Of a DNA stretch of 64,000 bases, positions 17,522 through 30,639 are shown piece after piece. Below the pieces are notes generated by a model. The model did no database searches, had not been told where the DNA came from, and worked only from the letters and a program-made list of their open reading frames with translations. The DNA is taken from NCBI RefSeq assembly GCF_009914755.1, contig NC_060936.1; one strand, 5' to 3'. The first letter of the stretch is position 1. Each line of letters starts with the position of its first letter. The translations under genes and the position numbers were made by a program. Source of the stretch: the human T2T-CHM13v2.0 reference genome, Homo sapiens.

Positions 17522-17537
17522 GTTCCAATAATGGAAC
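17522..17537. promoter_or_regulatory. MER85 5'-end 16-bp imperfect palindrome
   Basis: GTTCCAATAATGGAAC next to the terminal repeat. Confidence 0.85.
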
Positions 17538-17705
17538 AATAGGCATAAATGTTAACCTATTTTGATTTGATTTTGGTATATGGCTAGAGACAGGGGTCTA
17601 GTTTCATTCTTCTGCATATGCATATCCAGTTATCTCAGCATTTATTGAAGAAACTGTCTTTTCCTCCGTGTATGTTCTTGGCACCTTTATCAAAAATGAG
17701 TTCAT

Positions 17706-17746
17706 TGTATTAGTCAGGGTTCTCTTAGAGGAACGGAACTAATAAG

Positions 17747-17782
<36 letters not shown>

Positions 17783-18160
17783 GAGTTTATTAAGTATTAA
17801 CTTACACCATCACAGGGTTCCACAATAGGCTGTCTGCAAGTGGAGGAGCAAGGAGAGTCACTCCAAGTTACAAAACTGAAGAACTTGGAGTCCAATGTCC
17901 GAGGGCAGGAAGCATCCAGCACTGGAGAAAGATGAAGACGGGGAGGCTAGGCCCATCTCTCCTTTTCAGGTTTTTCTGTCGGCTTTATATTTGTTGGAAG
18001 CTGATTAGATTGTGCCCACCAGATTAAGGGTGGATCTGCCTTCCCCAAACCACTGACTCAAATATTAATCTATTTTGGCAACACCCACACAGACACACCC
18101 AGGATTAAAACTTGGTATCCCTCAATCCAATCAAGTTGACACTCAGTATTAACTATCACA
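17706..18160 (-). mobile_element. MLT2A solo LTR (HERV-L) containing a (CA)n repeat
   Basis: tgtattagtcagggttctc...caatccaatcaagttgacactcagtattaactatcaca. Confidence 0.92.
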
Positions 18161-19680
18161 CTGAAGGTCTGTAGATTTGTTTCTGGGTTCTCTATTCTGT
18201 TCCATTGGTCTATATCTCTGTTTTTATGCCAGTATCATGCTTTTTTGGTTACTATAGCTCTGTTGTATAATTTGAAGTCAGGTAATGTGATTCCTCCAGT
18301 TTTGTTCTTTTCACTTAGGATAGCTTTGGCTATTCTGAGTCTTTTGTGATTCCATATAAATTTTAGACTAGTTTGTTTTTTCTCTCTGAAGAATGTCATT
18401 GGTGTTTTGGTAGGGATTGCCTTGAATCTATAGATTGCTTGGGTAGTATGGACATCTTAACAATCCATGAACATGGAACAGTTTTTTCATTTTTTTGGCG
18501 TCCTCTTCAATTTTTTCCATCAGTGTTTCATAGTTTTCATTCTAGATCTTTCACTTCTTTGGTTAATTTGTAGGTATTTAATTTTATGTGTGGCTATTGT
18601 ATGTGACACTAGTTTTAAACTTATTTTTCACATTGTTCACTGTTGCCATATAGAAATGCTTCTGAATTTTGTATTCTGAAATGTTACTGATTTGTTTATC
18701 AATTCTAATAGTTTTTTGGTGGAGTCTTTAGGTTTTCCCAAGTATAAGATCATGTCATCTGCAAACAATGATAGTTTAATTTCTTCCTTTCCAATTTGGA
18801 TACCCTTTATTTCTTTCTCTTGTCTGATTGCTCTGGCTAGGAGTTCCAGTAATATGTTCAATAACAATGGTGACAGGGCATCCCTGTTATGTTCCAGATC
18901 TTAGATAAAAGGCTTTCAGTTCTCCCCCATTTATTATGATACTAGGTAGGGGTCTGTCATGTATGGCTTTTATTGTGTTGAGCTATGTTCCTTTTATACA
19001 CAGTTTTTGGGAGTTTTTGTTATATAAGGATGTTGAATTTTATCAAATAATTTTCATCATCATTGAAATAACCATATGGTTTTATCCTTTATTGTTGATG
19101 TGATGTATTACATATATGGATTTGAGTGTATGGACCTATTCTTGCACCACAGGGATAAATCCCATTTGGTCATGATAAATTATCTTTCTAAAGTGCTGCT
19201 GAATTTTGTTTGCTAGTATTGTGTTGAGAATTTTTTCATCGATATTTATCAGAGATATTGGCCTGTAGTGTTGTTTTTCATTTTTTTAATGTATCTTTGT
19301 CTGGTTTTTGTATCAGGGTAATACTGGCCCTGTAAAATTAGTTTGGAAGTATTTCCTTCTCCTATCTTTTTGGAATAGTTTGAGTAAGATTAGTGTTAGT
19401 TCTTCTTTAAATGTTTGATAGAATTCAGCAGTGAAGCTACCAGGTCCCAGGCTTTCCATTACTGGAAGATTATTATGGCTTCAACCTAATTACTTGTTTT
19501 TGTTCTGCTCAGGTTTTTTATTTCTTCCTGGTTCAATCTTGGTAGGTGGCATGTATCTAGGAGTTCATTTTTTCTAATTTTTAGAATTTGTTGGAAGATG
19601 GTTGCTCACAATAACCACTAATAATCCTTTGAATTTCTACAGTATCAGTTGTAATGTCTCATTTTTTTCATTTCTGATTT

Positions 19681-19963
19681 ATTTTTTATTATACTTTAAG
19701 TTTTAGGGTACATGTGCACAACGTGCAGGTTAGTTACATATGTATACATGTGCCATGTTGGTGTGCTGCACCCATTAACTCGTCATTTAACATTAGGTAT
19801 ATCTCTTAATGCTATCCCTCCCCCCTCCACCCACCCCACAACAGGCCCCGGTGTGTGACGTTCCCCTTCCTGTGTCCATGTGTTCTCATTGTTCAATTCC
19901 CACCTATGAGTGAGAACATGCGGTGTTTGGTTTTTTGTCCTTGCGATAGTTTGCTGAGAATGA
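19681..19963 (-). mobile_element. Short L1PA4/5-like 3' fragment inside the L1MA
   Basis: ttatactttaagttttagggtacatgtgcac...ctgagaatga. Confidence 0.9.
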
Positions 19964-21308
19964 CGTTTTATTTAGTTAGATCTTCTCTATTTTTTTTTCT
20001 GGCTAAACTTTGTCAATTTTAAGTTTTCAGAAAAACAACTTTTTGTTTCATTGATCTTTTATATTATTTTCTTTATTTCAATTTTATTTCTTCTCTGGTC
20101 TTTACTATTGCTTTTCTTCCACCAATTTTGGGGTTCACTTGCTCTTGCTTTTCTAATTCTTTAAGATACTCATCAGATTTTTTATTTGAAGTCTATGCTC
20201 TTATTTTACATGGCACTTACAGCTATAAACTCCCTTCTTTGTGCTGCTTTTGCTGTATCCCATAAGTTTTGGTATGTTGTATTTATACTATTAATGTTTG
20301 TTTCAAGAAATTTTTCAATTTTTTTCTTAATTTCTTTCTTGACCCACTGATTATTCAAGAGCATATTGTTTGATTTCCATGTATTTGTATTGTTTCCAAA
20401 ATTTCTCTTGTTATTAATTTCTACTCTTATTCTTTGTAGTCAGAGAAGATGCTTGATATTATTTCAATTTTTTAATGTTTTAAGACTTGCTTTTTGGCCT
20501 AACATATGGTCTATCCTTGAGAATGATTCATGTGCTGAAGAAAAGAATATGTATTCCTTGGCTTTTATATAAAATATTCTGTAAATATCTATTAGATCTA
20601 TTAGGTCGATAGTGCAGATTAAGTCTGATGTTTCTTTGTTCATTTTCTGTCTGAATGATCTGCCCAATGCTGAATGTGGGGTGTTGAAGTCTCCAGCTTT
20701 TATTGTATCGGGATGTATCTCTGTCTTCAGTACTAACAATATTTCTTTATATATCTAGGTACTCCAGTGTTGGGTGAATATATATTTAAAATTGTTATAT
20801 CCTCTGACTGAATTGACCCTTTTATCATTGCATAGTGATCTTTGTGTCTTCTTATGGTTTTTGTCTTGAAATCTATTTTGTCTGATACAAGTATTGCAAC
20901 TCCTGCTCTTTTTTTGGTTTCCATTGGCATGGAATATCTTTTTCCATTCCTCTATTTTCAGTCTATGTGTGCCTTTATAGGTGAAGTGTGTTTCTTATAG
21001 ACAACAGACGAATAGAGCTTGTTTTTTCACGCGTTCAGCCTGTCTACGTCTTTTAATTGGACAGTTTAGTCAATTTACACTTAATGTAATTTTTGATAAG
21101 TAAGGAATTACTCTTGCCATTTTGTTGCCTGTTTTCTGGTTGTTTTGTGGTCTTCTCCTCGTTTCTTTCCTTCCTCACTTCCTCTAGTGAAGGTGATTTT
21201 CTCTGGTAATATGATTTAATTTCTTGTTTTTATTTTTTGTGTATTCATTACATGTTTTTTGGTTTGAGGTTACCAGGAGGCTTGTAGACACCATCTCATA
21301 ACCCATTC

Positions 21309-21751
21309 TTTTTTTTTATTATTATACTTTAAGTTTTAGGGTACATGTGCACAACGTGCAGGTTTGTTACATATGTATACATGTGCCATGCTGGTGTGCT
21401 GCACCCATTAACTCGTCATTTAGCACGAGGTATATCTCCTAATGCTATCTCTCCCCCCTCCCCCCACCCCACAAGAGTCCCTGGTGTGTGATGTGTCCAT
21501 GGGTTATAATTGTTCAATTCCCACCTATGAGTGAGAACATGTGGTGGTTTTTTGTCCTTGTGATAGTTTGCTGAGAATGATGGTTTCCAGCTTCATCCAT
21601 GTCCCTACAAAGGACATGAACTCATCCTTTTTTATGGCTGCATAGTATTCCATAGTGTATATGTGCCACATTTTCTTAATCCAGTCTATCAATCATTGTT
21701 GGACATTTGGGTTGGTTCCAAGTCTTTGCTATTGTGAATAGTGCTGCAATA
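21309..21751 (-). mobile_element. Short L1PA4/5-like 3' fragment with TSD
   Basis: L1PA 3'UTR; TSD aaccca(t/c)tc at 21300-21308 and 21752-21760. Confidence 0.9.
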
Positions 21752-22667
21752 AACCCACTCTTTTTAACTCAATAACAACTAAGCACTATTTGCATAAACA
21801 AACAAGTAAAAAGGAAACTAATAAAAACTTTACACCTTAATTTTATCCCATGCTTTCTAACTCTTATTATTTCGATTTATATCGTATTGCATTGACTATG
21901 TCTTTAACATTGTAGCTATTATTTTTTATTGGTTCATTGTTTAGTCTTTCTACTTAGAACAAGAGTAGTTTACACACCACAATTACAGGGTTATAATATT
22001 CTATGTTTTTCTGTGTCCTTGTTATTGCCAGTGAGTTTTGTACACTCAGGTGATTATTCATTGCTCATTAATGTATTTTTTTTCTTTCTGATTGAAGTAC
22101 TACCATTAGCATTTCTTGTAGGATGGGTCTGGTGTTGATGAAATCCCTCAACTTTTGTTTGTTTTGGAAAGTCCTTATTTCTCATTTATGTTTGAAGGGT
22201 ATTCTCACTAGATATACTATACTAAGGTAAAAGTGTTTTCAGTGCTTTAAATATAATCATGACACTCTCTCCTGGGCTGTAAGGTTTCCACTGTAAAGTC
22301 TGCTTCTACACATATTGGAACACCATTTTATGTTATTTGTTTCAAAATCTCTTGCTGCTTTTATGATCCTTTCTTTATCCTTGATTTCTAGGAATTTGAT
22401 TATTAAATGTCTTGAGGTAGTCTTTTTTGTGTTGGTCCGTTTGGTGTTCTAAAGCTTTCTTGTACTTGGATATTGCTATCTTTTTCTAGGTTTGGAAAGT
22501 TCTCTGTTATTATCCCTTTGAATAAACTTTCTACCCATCTTCCTCTACCTCCTCTTTAAGGCCAATAACACTTAGAGTTGACCTTTTGAGGCTATTTCCT
22601 AGATCCTGTAGGCATGCTTCATTGTTTCTTTTTTTTCCGTCTTCTCTGACTGTTTATTTTCAAATAG

Positions 22668-22781
22668 CCTTGCATGAAGCTCACTAATTCTTTATTTTGC
22701 TTGATCCATTCTACTACTAAAGGACCTTGCATGAAGCTCACTAATTCTTTCTTTTGCTTGATCCATTCTACTACTAAAGGA
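22668..22781. repeat. 57-bp tandem duplication
   Basis: Copies at 22668-22724 and 22725-22781, 1 mismatch. Confidence 0.95.
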
Positions 22782-23363
22782 CATCGAAGCATTCTTCATA
22801 ATGCCAATTGCATTTTTCAGCTCCAGAATTTCTGCTTAATTCTTTTCAATTATTTCAATCTCTTTGTTAAATGTATCTAATAGAATTATGAATTCCTTCT
22901 CTCTGTTAACTTGAATTTCTTTGAGTTTCCTCAGTACAGCTATTTTGAATTCTCTTCCATAAAGGTTATAGATCTCTGTTTTTCCCAGATTGGTTCTTAG
23001 TGCCTTATTTAGTTTAGTTTATATAGTGAGGTCATGTTTTTCAGTATGATATTGATGCTAATAGATGTTCTTCAGTGCTGGGTCAATGAAAGGTTAGGTA
23101 TTTATTGTAGTCTTCACTGTCTGAGCATATTTGTAGCCAGTGGAAAGGCTTTCCAGATATTTGAAAAACTTGGATGTGATCTAAGCTGTATCTGCTTTAG
23201 AGGACACCCCAAGCCCAGTTACACTGTGGTTCTTGCAGACTTGTAGAAGTACTGCCTCGATAGTCTTGGACAAGACCCCAGATAATTATCTGGATTATCA
23301 GGCAGAGACCCTTATTCTCTTTCTTTACTTTCTCCAAACACACAGAGTCTTTCTCTCTCATTT

Positions 23364-23402
<39 letters not shown>

Positions 23403-24959
23403 TCTAAGCCACCTAAAGCTGGGGATGGAGAGACAGAAACCCTTTCTGTGGTCACCATCACTATGACTGTGCTGGGTGAGACCTGAAGGCGTATGTCCTT
23501 CTCTTCAGGGCACTGAGGTTTCCCAAGCCCCTGGGGGGTCCAGAAGTGCTGCCTGGGAGTCAGGGACCACAGTCAAAAACCTTAGAAGTCTACCTGGTGT
23601 TCTATTGTGCTGCAGTTGAGCTGGCACTCAAACCACAAGATCCTTTCTACTCTTCTCTCCTCTTTCCAAAGGCAGAAGAACCTCACTTCATACCCACCAC
23701 CAACCCTGGCCACAAGGAGTACTGCCAGACCACTTCTGATGTTCCCTTAAGACCCAAGGTCCCTTAAGTCAGCTTGCCATGAATGCCGCCTAACCTGGGA
23801 CTCACCTTTCAAGGCAGTGGGCTCCCCTCTTGCCCAGGGTAGGTTCAGAAATGCCAACCAAGAGTCAAGTCCTGGAATTGGGGATCCGAGGAGCTTGATT
23901 GGTGCTCTATCATCTCTCTGTGGCTATGCTAGTAGCTGAAGCCATCAAGCCTCAGAGGCTCACCCAAGGCCCTCAGTGTAGTACCTGGGTGTCACTGCTG
24001 GCTATTCAGGGCTCAAGGGCTCTTTAGTTAGCAGGTGATGCATGCTGCCAGAATTGGATCTTTTCCTTCAAGTAAGCGGGTTCCCTTCTGACCCAGGGTG
24101 TGTCTAGAAATCTTGTCTGGAAGCTAGAGCTGGAATGGAGGCCTCACGACTCTGACTGGTGCCCTATCCTGCTGTGGCTGAGCTGGTATCCAAGATAAAA
24201 TACAAAGTCCTCCCCAATCTTTCCCCCGCTCCCTTCAAGTGGAAGCATGGGGTCTTATTATATTTTTTTTGTCAGCAAACTATGCAGCCTGGGGTTAGGA
24301 GAGGGCTGATGCCAGCACTTGGCTGCCCCAGCTGGTGTTTCAGTGTGTCATGTGCACCCCTAGTCCACTGTCTCTAAGCCTAGTTCAGCACCAGGAGTTG
24401 TGGTCCTTATGCCCTAGACTGTCTTTCAAGTTTACTTGGAGACTCAGAATCCTGTAGCCATCCGTGGCAAGGTTTGCATGCATTCAAGTTTGGACTGCTG
24501 GGATCATCAATTCTCTTCTCTTTAGGGCTGGTTTAAATGATCCTTCCATCTGTGAGCCAGCATCAGCTGAATTGGTCTGGTTTTCCTTTCTGCTCTAACG
24601 GGACATCACTGAGTTCATTGCCTCACAATAGCTGTGTTTTCCTTCCCCCAGCACCCAGAGATGCTCTGGGCAACACACCACCAGGGATGGAGGTGGGCAG
24701 GGGGTGTGTGGCATCAGCGATTCAGAACTTTTTTTTTCTTTTTTCTTTTTTTAATCTCTTCAGTGCCTCTTTCCACAATATGAAGTTAAAACCAGGTACT
24801 ATGAGTGCTCACCTGATTTTTGGGTCTTACGAAGGCTTTTTGTTTGTTTTGGTTTGTTTGTTATGTTTTCTGTGTAGTTGTCGAATTGGTGTCCTTGCTG
24901 GGGGGACTATCCATGGAGCTTTCTATTTCACTGTCTTGCTCTATAGTAGATTTTGCTCC

Positions 24960-26640
24960 TCTATAGTGGATTTTTAGTAAGTCTTAAAGCCAGGTTTTGT
25001 CAGCCCTCCAATTTGGCCCTTAAATTCCCACAATTAGGAATTTGCTTTTAAAATTGCTTTTAAATTTCCATGACTGGTCTATAAATTAAATGCAATTAAT
25101 TAGTTAATTTAATTCAATCTTCTTCATAAACATAGTGTATCTATCCACTTAGTTATCATATCTCTCAGCAATATTTTTACAGTTTTAATTATATAAGAAG
25201 TGTACAAGTTTTGTTATATTTATCACTGAGTATTTCATATTTTATGCTACTACTAATGCTCTAGTTTATTAAATTCCAATTTCTGATTTTGTATTGCCAG
25301 TATGGGAAATGCAGTTAGGTTTTTTTGACCTTGTCTCCTACAACTCTGCTAAACTAATTGATTAGTTCTTGAATCTTTTTTGTTAACTCTTTCGTATTTT
25401 CTATATAGGTAATTTGTCATCAAAAAATTTTTAATTTTTTCATTCTAGTGTGTACACATATATTTATTCTTATTACTTTCTTGTATTATCTAGCTCTTAC
25501 AGTACAATGTTTAATAGAAGTAGTTGGTAAAGACATCTTTGTCTTGTTTTTTTTAGGAGGAACACATTCATTCTTTCACCACAAGTTTATCTGTAGACTT
25601 TGCAAATGCGCTTGTCAAATTAAGACAGATCACTCCTATTCCTAGTATACTGAGATATTTTGCCATCTTTTTTCTACAGATAATTTAAAAATTCTCTCTT
25701 AATCTCTGGATTCCCAATTTGGTTTTGTTATTCTGTGTTAGTTCTAGTTCTCTGATAATCAAATGCTTTTTCCTTATCTCTGGATTTATTTTTTGTTCTG
25801 TTAATGTAGGACCTTACACTGATTTTTTCAATGTTAAGGCAACTTTATTTTCTGTGATATACCTCACTTGGTCATGATATATTAGCTTTTATGTATTCCT
25901 AAAAGTTTCTTAGAAATTTTTGTGTTTATGCTCCAAGGATTTTTGATTATATTTTTTATCATATATGTCTATGGTTTATTGCTAGGTAATGCTGGACTGT
26001 TAGGATATATTTAGAAAATTGCCCTTCTTTTATCTTGAGGAGAGTTTTAATAGAATCAGTATTATTTACTGAATAAATTGTGAGAATAAATTGTGTAGAA
26101 GGAGGCTAACATTCAGCACAGTTCTGAGAATGTTGATCAGATAAATATGGAGTTCTTGAGGAAAGGTTTTCAGTGGAATAGTTCCACCTGAGTCAGAAAT
26201 GGATAGGCACTGGAACTCCAGCCATGTTCCACCATTGGCTGAAAGCAGCCTGGGGGTGTGCAGGCTGGAGGCTACCAGCCAACTATAGGCCCCCAATGCC
26301 AGCAAATTCTCATGTAGGATATCTGAGCTGCATACCTCCATGGTGCTACATATACTTTGGCATAGTTATGTTTATTTTCTTTGGTTCTCATTTTGATTTT
26401 TAGAAATTTCAGACTTTTTTTTGCCTCTCCACAACACCCCCCCTTTTCGGGACCCCAATACATGTATGTTAGAATGTTCGGTATTGTTTTAACAGGCCAC
26501 TGTCTCACAGATTACTAATGCCCCATTTATCTGTCTTTTTCACTCTCTGTAATTTATTTTGAAAACCTTTATGCCTATGTCTTCAAGTCCAGTGATTTTC
26601 CTTTAATATCTGATCTACATTTAATTTCATCCAGCATGTC
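24960..26640 (-). mobile_element. Continuation of the old L1M, with an ancient LTR-like block at ~26085-26350
   Basis: Degenerate L1 ORF2 antisense sequence; gatatctgagctgcatacctccatggtgctaca resembles LTR16/LTR33-type ends. Confidence 0.5.
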
Positions 26641-26699
26641 TGTTTATAGGTGGCGTGTGTGAACACAGATATTTGCTGCAATAAAGTGCAATGGAAATT

Positions 26700-26930
26700 T
26701 ACACATACAAATATATAAAATTCCATTTCATAAATACACACAAAAAAACATACATACACATATGTATGTATGTGTGTATGTACATGAGTGTGTATATATA
26801 TATATATATGGAATGGACTCTATTATATATGTTTATTATTTTAAATATATGTACATAATATATATTATATATATATGTAAAATATGTGATATATATATGT
26901 GTGTATATATATATATAGAGAGAGAGATAG
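26700..26930. repeat. (TA)n/(TG)n low-complexity tract
   Basis: Direct inspection. Confidence 0.9.
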
Positions 26931-27115
26931 ATCATTATGTTAAGTGAAATAAGGCAAACACGTAAAGACAAATGTTGCATGTTCTTACTTATCTGCAGTT
27001 TCTAAAAATCAAAACAATTGAACCCAAGGACATAGAGAGTAGAAAGATGGTTACCAGAGGCTAGGAAGGGTAGTTGAGGGCTGGGGTAGAGGTGGGAATG
27101 TCAAAATGTATATTA
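26931..27115 (+). mobile_element. L1MA 3' fragment
   Basis: cattatgttaagtgaaataag...gagagtagaaagatggttaccagaggct. Confidence 0.75.
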
Positions 27116-30100
27116 AATAATTATTTTTAATTGCAATAATTTTTAGTAAAAATCTAAATTAAAAATTCTTTAATTTTGAAGCTACTTATACTACTAGTCA
27201 GCCTTTAATTTCAAATAAGAGAGATTTTACAGTGATTTATGACTATCATCCTGGTTTTAATTTATGTCTTGGTACTTGAAATAAGCTATTTAATTTTGAT
27301 GCCCTAACAATAACTGATAAAGCCAGAGGACACAGATGCATTTCCTGGAAAACACAATATTCAACAATTGAGGTGGGCTTGTCAGGTCACATGTTATGAA
27401 TATTTCATCATTATGCTAGTAAACATAAAAATAAACATTTATTCCTGGAATAAAAGCTTTATTCTTGTTAGAGGCTGCTGTGACACCATTCCTTCCCTGG
27501 GTTTTTAATGTCTACACAGTGGAGTTGTGTTAATTGAATCTTTCTTGTCATTTGTGTAAATGATACATAAAGGAGAGAAAGAACTGTCTTCTTCCCATAC
27601 ATAAGAGCATTCGAGCATTCCCTAAGTAGTAATTTATTTATTTTATTTAATCGTTATGTATTTCTTGGCTTCATAGTCTCAAATACCAATGTTTTAATAT
27701 CTGTTTCACCTATAAATGAAATCTAAGTCTTATGTGACAATAATGAAATACAGTATGTGCCATTACATTCACCAGTCAAAATAAATAACAATGTACAACT
27801 TTGATATTTTAGACTAAAATTAATACAGATAAGAGTTGAAACTAAATTACCCAAAAGAGCAATAAAATTCTGATGCCATAGGATCTTAAATTATATGCAT
27901 AGAATATAATCAAAAGAAGACTGAACAATGTATATACCTAATGGACCTAATGAATCTGTATTTATTCTGGATTTTTTGCAATATGCTATTATTTTCATAT
28001 ATATAAATTAAGTCCATATATAATTCTGATTTTTATTATAAATTCACAGATTATGTCTTGGCATAGTTAATATTTCATATTTGTAATTGACAAGTTAAAA
28101 TGATGATGTGATGATGATCGTGATGGCTATATCAATAAGAATAACACCTCTCATTTATTAAGTGATCACTGTGACCTAGACCTTTAGTTTTACACTTAAG
28201 TTTTCTGTTATTTATTTAAGTCAAGCTTTGCATGTCTCAAAAATACTCTGCATTAAAAGTACCTATACGATGTTTAGTTTAATACCAGTGTCTAGATCCC
28301 TCTAATCAAATATTTTGCTCCATTGTATGGGAACTGACTATAGTTATTTATTAAAATGTTTTCTCCTTAAGAAGTAGTTTTAATATATACAAAATGTAAC
28401 AAACTTTTACTTTAAACTGTGCTGCTTCCAAATATGATTTTATTGGAGATATCATTTTTGGCAATATTTGTGGTTTTAATGTAGTGAATGTGATAATATA
28501 CAGAAAACCTGGTCCTCTGTAGTTATATTATCTAGAGTTGTTTTGTTTGAATTTTATATACAATATTAATAAAACCACAGTTGGAATATGAAAAAAGTAA
28601 TATTAACATGCTTAAAAATATAAAGATGTTGAGATTTAATTTGTGCATGCATTAAAAATTAGAAATGTGAGACGTAAACCACAAAAAAAACAGAGGGTAG
28701 TCAAAATATAAGCTATCAAAAATAAAGAGTTATGAAACATTTAGAAGAAATACAATTATTTGTACATTTTATATTAAAGATTCATATTTTTATATTAAAG
28801 ATTCATATCAGGAGGAAAATCAAGCCCCATTCAAATAGTGAGAGATGAATTCCTGTATTTCTTTTAACATTTTCAATTTGCTTTGAAATAGACACACAAA
28901 CTTTAAGTTAAGTTTACAGCACGAATTTAAAACTCATAAGTAAAATAAAAGAAAAATGATCATGCATTCTGCATCATACACTTTTCAAAGGCTGAAACTA
29001 GTGATCACTCTGCAGGGAACAGTTACTGAATTTCATAATTCTCTGATGACATCATTATCAAATAATGTGCAATTAACCAGGAAGCACAACAATAAGTTAT
29101 TTTGCAACCATTAATCAAAGTAAAATTTAATTTTACATAAATGTCTCTTTCAAGATAGCATAATGAAATGAACATTAGTTGCTAAAATAACACAAAGCTA
29201 TCTCCCAAGCACGTATCATTTCAAACCTGTTACTCAAGTTATCCCCATCCTCATTAATAAACACTGACTTGCAATTTTATATAGCATCTATAATACAAAT
29301 TTTTAAAAAATAAACCAACACCAGTGTCTGTCTAATGTTATTTGCATATTATAAATTTTGATGTTTCTTCTTGATATTATCTTCCAAGCAAGATGGTATT
29401 GTAAATACAGGGCTCTAATGATGTCCCTTTCAATTTTTAATTAAAATATTCAATCAAATGGAAAAATTGTGCAGTTTTTCTAAATATATGGAATTGAAGC
29501 TCACAAGAGGTTGCACAGGAAAAAGAGTCTACAGTCATTAGCATATTAATAGAATTGAGAACAAGGAAGTGGATAAATGAAAAGATATGAATTGTTTCAG
29601 AGATGTCAAGCAAGATAAGTGTCTACTGGATTTTGCAACAATAATATTACAGGTGACATTGCAAACACAGTAAAGGGGTAAGTGCAAAAGAGAAAGAAGG
29701 AGTGTTTGTTAGAGTGGAGTATTTTGGCTGCAAAGGAGAAGAGAGCTTATGCAGTAGGAATAAGATGGGGGATCAGTGGAATAAATTTATTTTTAGCTTT
29801 TTTTTTTTGAGGACAAGGAAATCTTGAACATGTTTGAATGCTGAGGAGAAAGTTGAAGCAAAATAAAAGCAGAGAAACTTTTGATGGAAATCCCTGAATA
29901 AACATAAAGAGGAGGTAAAAATTGGGGGTATGAATACAGAAATTGCCATTAGAAAGGAGGAAGGACAAAATAGTATGACTACTTTTGGGCTAGAGAACAT
30001 AACCTCAAAATATTTCTTAAAATATTTAGAAGTACCAGGAAAATTAGTAGAAATCTGATAGTAGAATACTGTAAAATATTTCTATCAGTCCTGAAGCAAT

Positions 30101-30639
30101 CAAATAGATGAAATAAATTAAATACCAAGCAAATCTGAAAACAGAATAAATAAATGCTGCCTAAGGAAAAATAACTGCATTCTCTCCTTTAACTCTTCTG
30201 TTCACAGCATCATAGTGTTTTGTTAATCTCTGATTGCTCTGTTTTCTAAAAAGCAGAAAGGGATAATGAACCCTCTTGATTTAGCCTGTCACTGGATGGT
30301 CTCATCTATTCTCATGGCTTTAAATATTATCTACGTGACTATAGTCTGAAAATTTTGTATTCAACTCCAACTTTTTTCTGAGCTTAATTAAGACTTCATA
30401 CACAATTTTTGTCTCAGGACTTAGATATCTCATTTTTACATAGTTTCGATGAAGTATTATCTTTCCCACATGTCCTTTTTCTCCACCAACCTTTTTTTTT
30501 TTTTCATTAACATCTCCACATTCTATCCAGGTACATAAGTCAGAAACCTGGAAGACATCTTTTGTCAATTCCTGCACTCCTTCCATATTTACCCTATCAA
30601 TCACTTAATACCCATGCCCATGATTGTACTTTAAATATA

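Larger units (their letters stand above)
15102..17551 (-). mobile_element. Full-length PGBD3/MER85-family piggyBac DNA transposon
   Basis: TTAA at 15098-15101 and 17552-17555; MER85-like ends (minus strand CATTTATGCCTATTGTTCCATTATTGGAACACTAAGCATGTGGGAG); L1MA sequence rejoins across the TTAA. Confidence 0.96.
13800..24955 (-). mobile_element. Near full-length L1MA (about L1MA1-2) with four nested insertions
   Basis: L1MA 3'UTR (aataagcacatcatgaataatgggg), ORF2 remnants (LFADDMILY at 18637-18867, EN at 20464-20930), ORF1 region, GC-richer 5' region at 23.2-24.9 kb. Confidence 0.85.

Noticed and set aside
24159-24977. 72-aa and 146-aa ORFs
   Set aside because: Antisense to the L1MA 5' region with no recognisable domain
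26699-26980. Y/I-rich ORFs (also 39522-39710)
   Set aside because: Translations of TA/CA microsatellites
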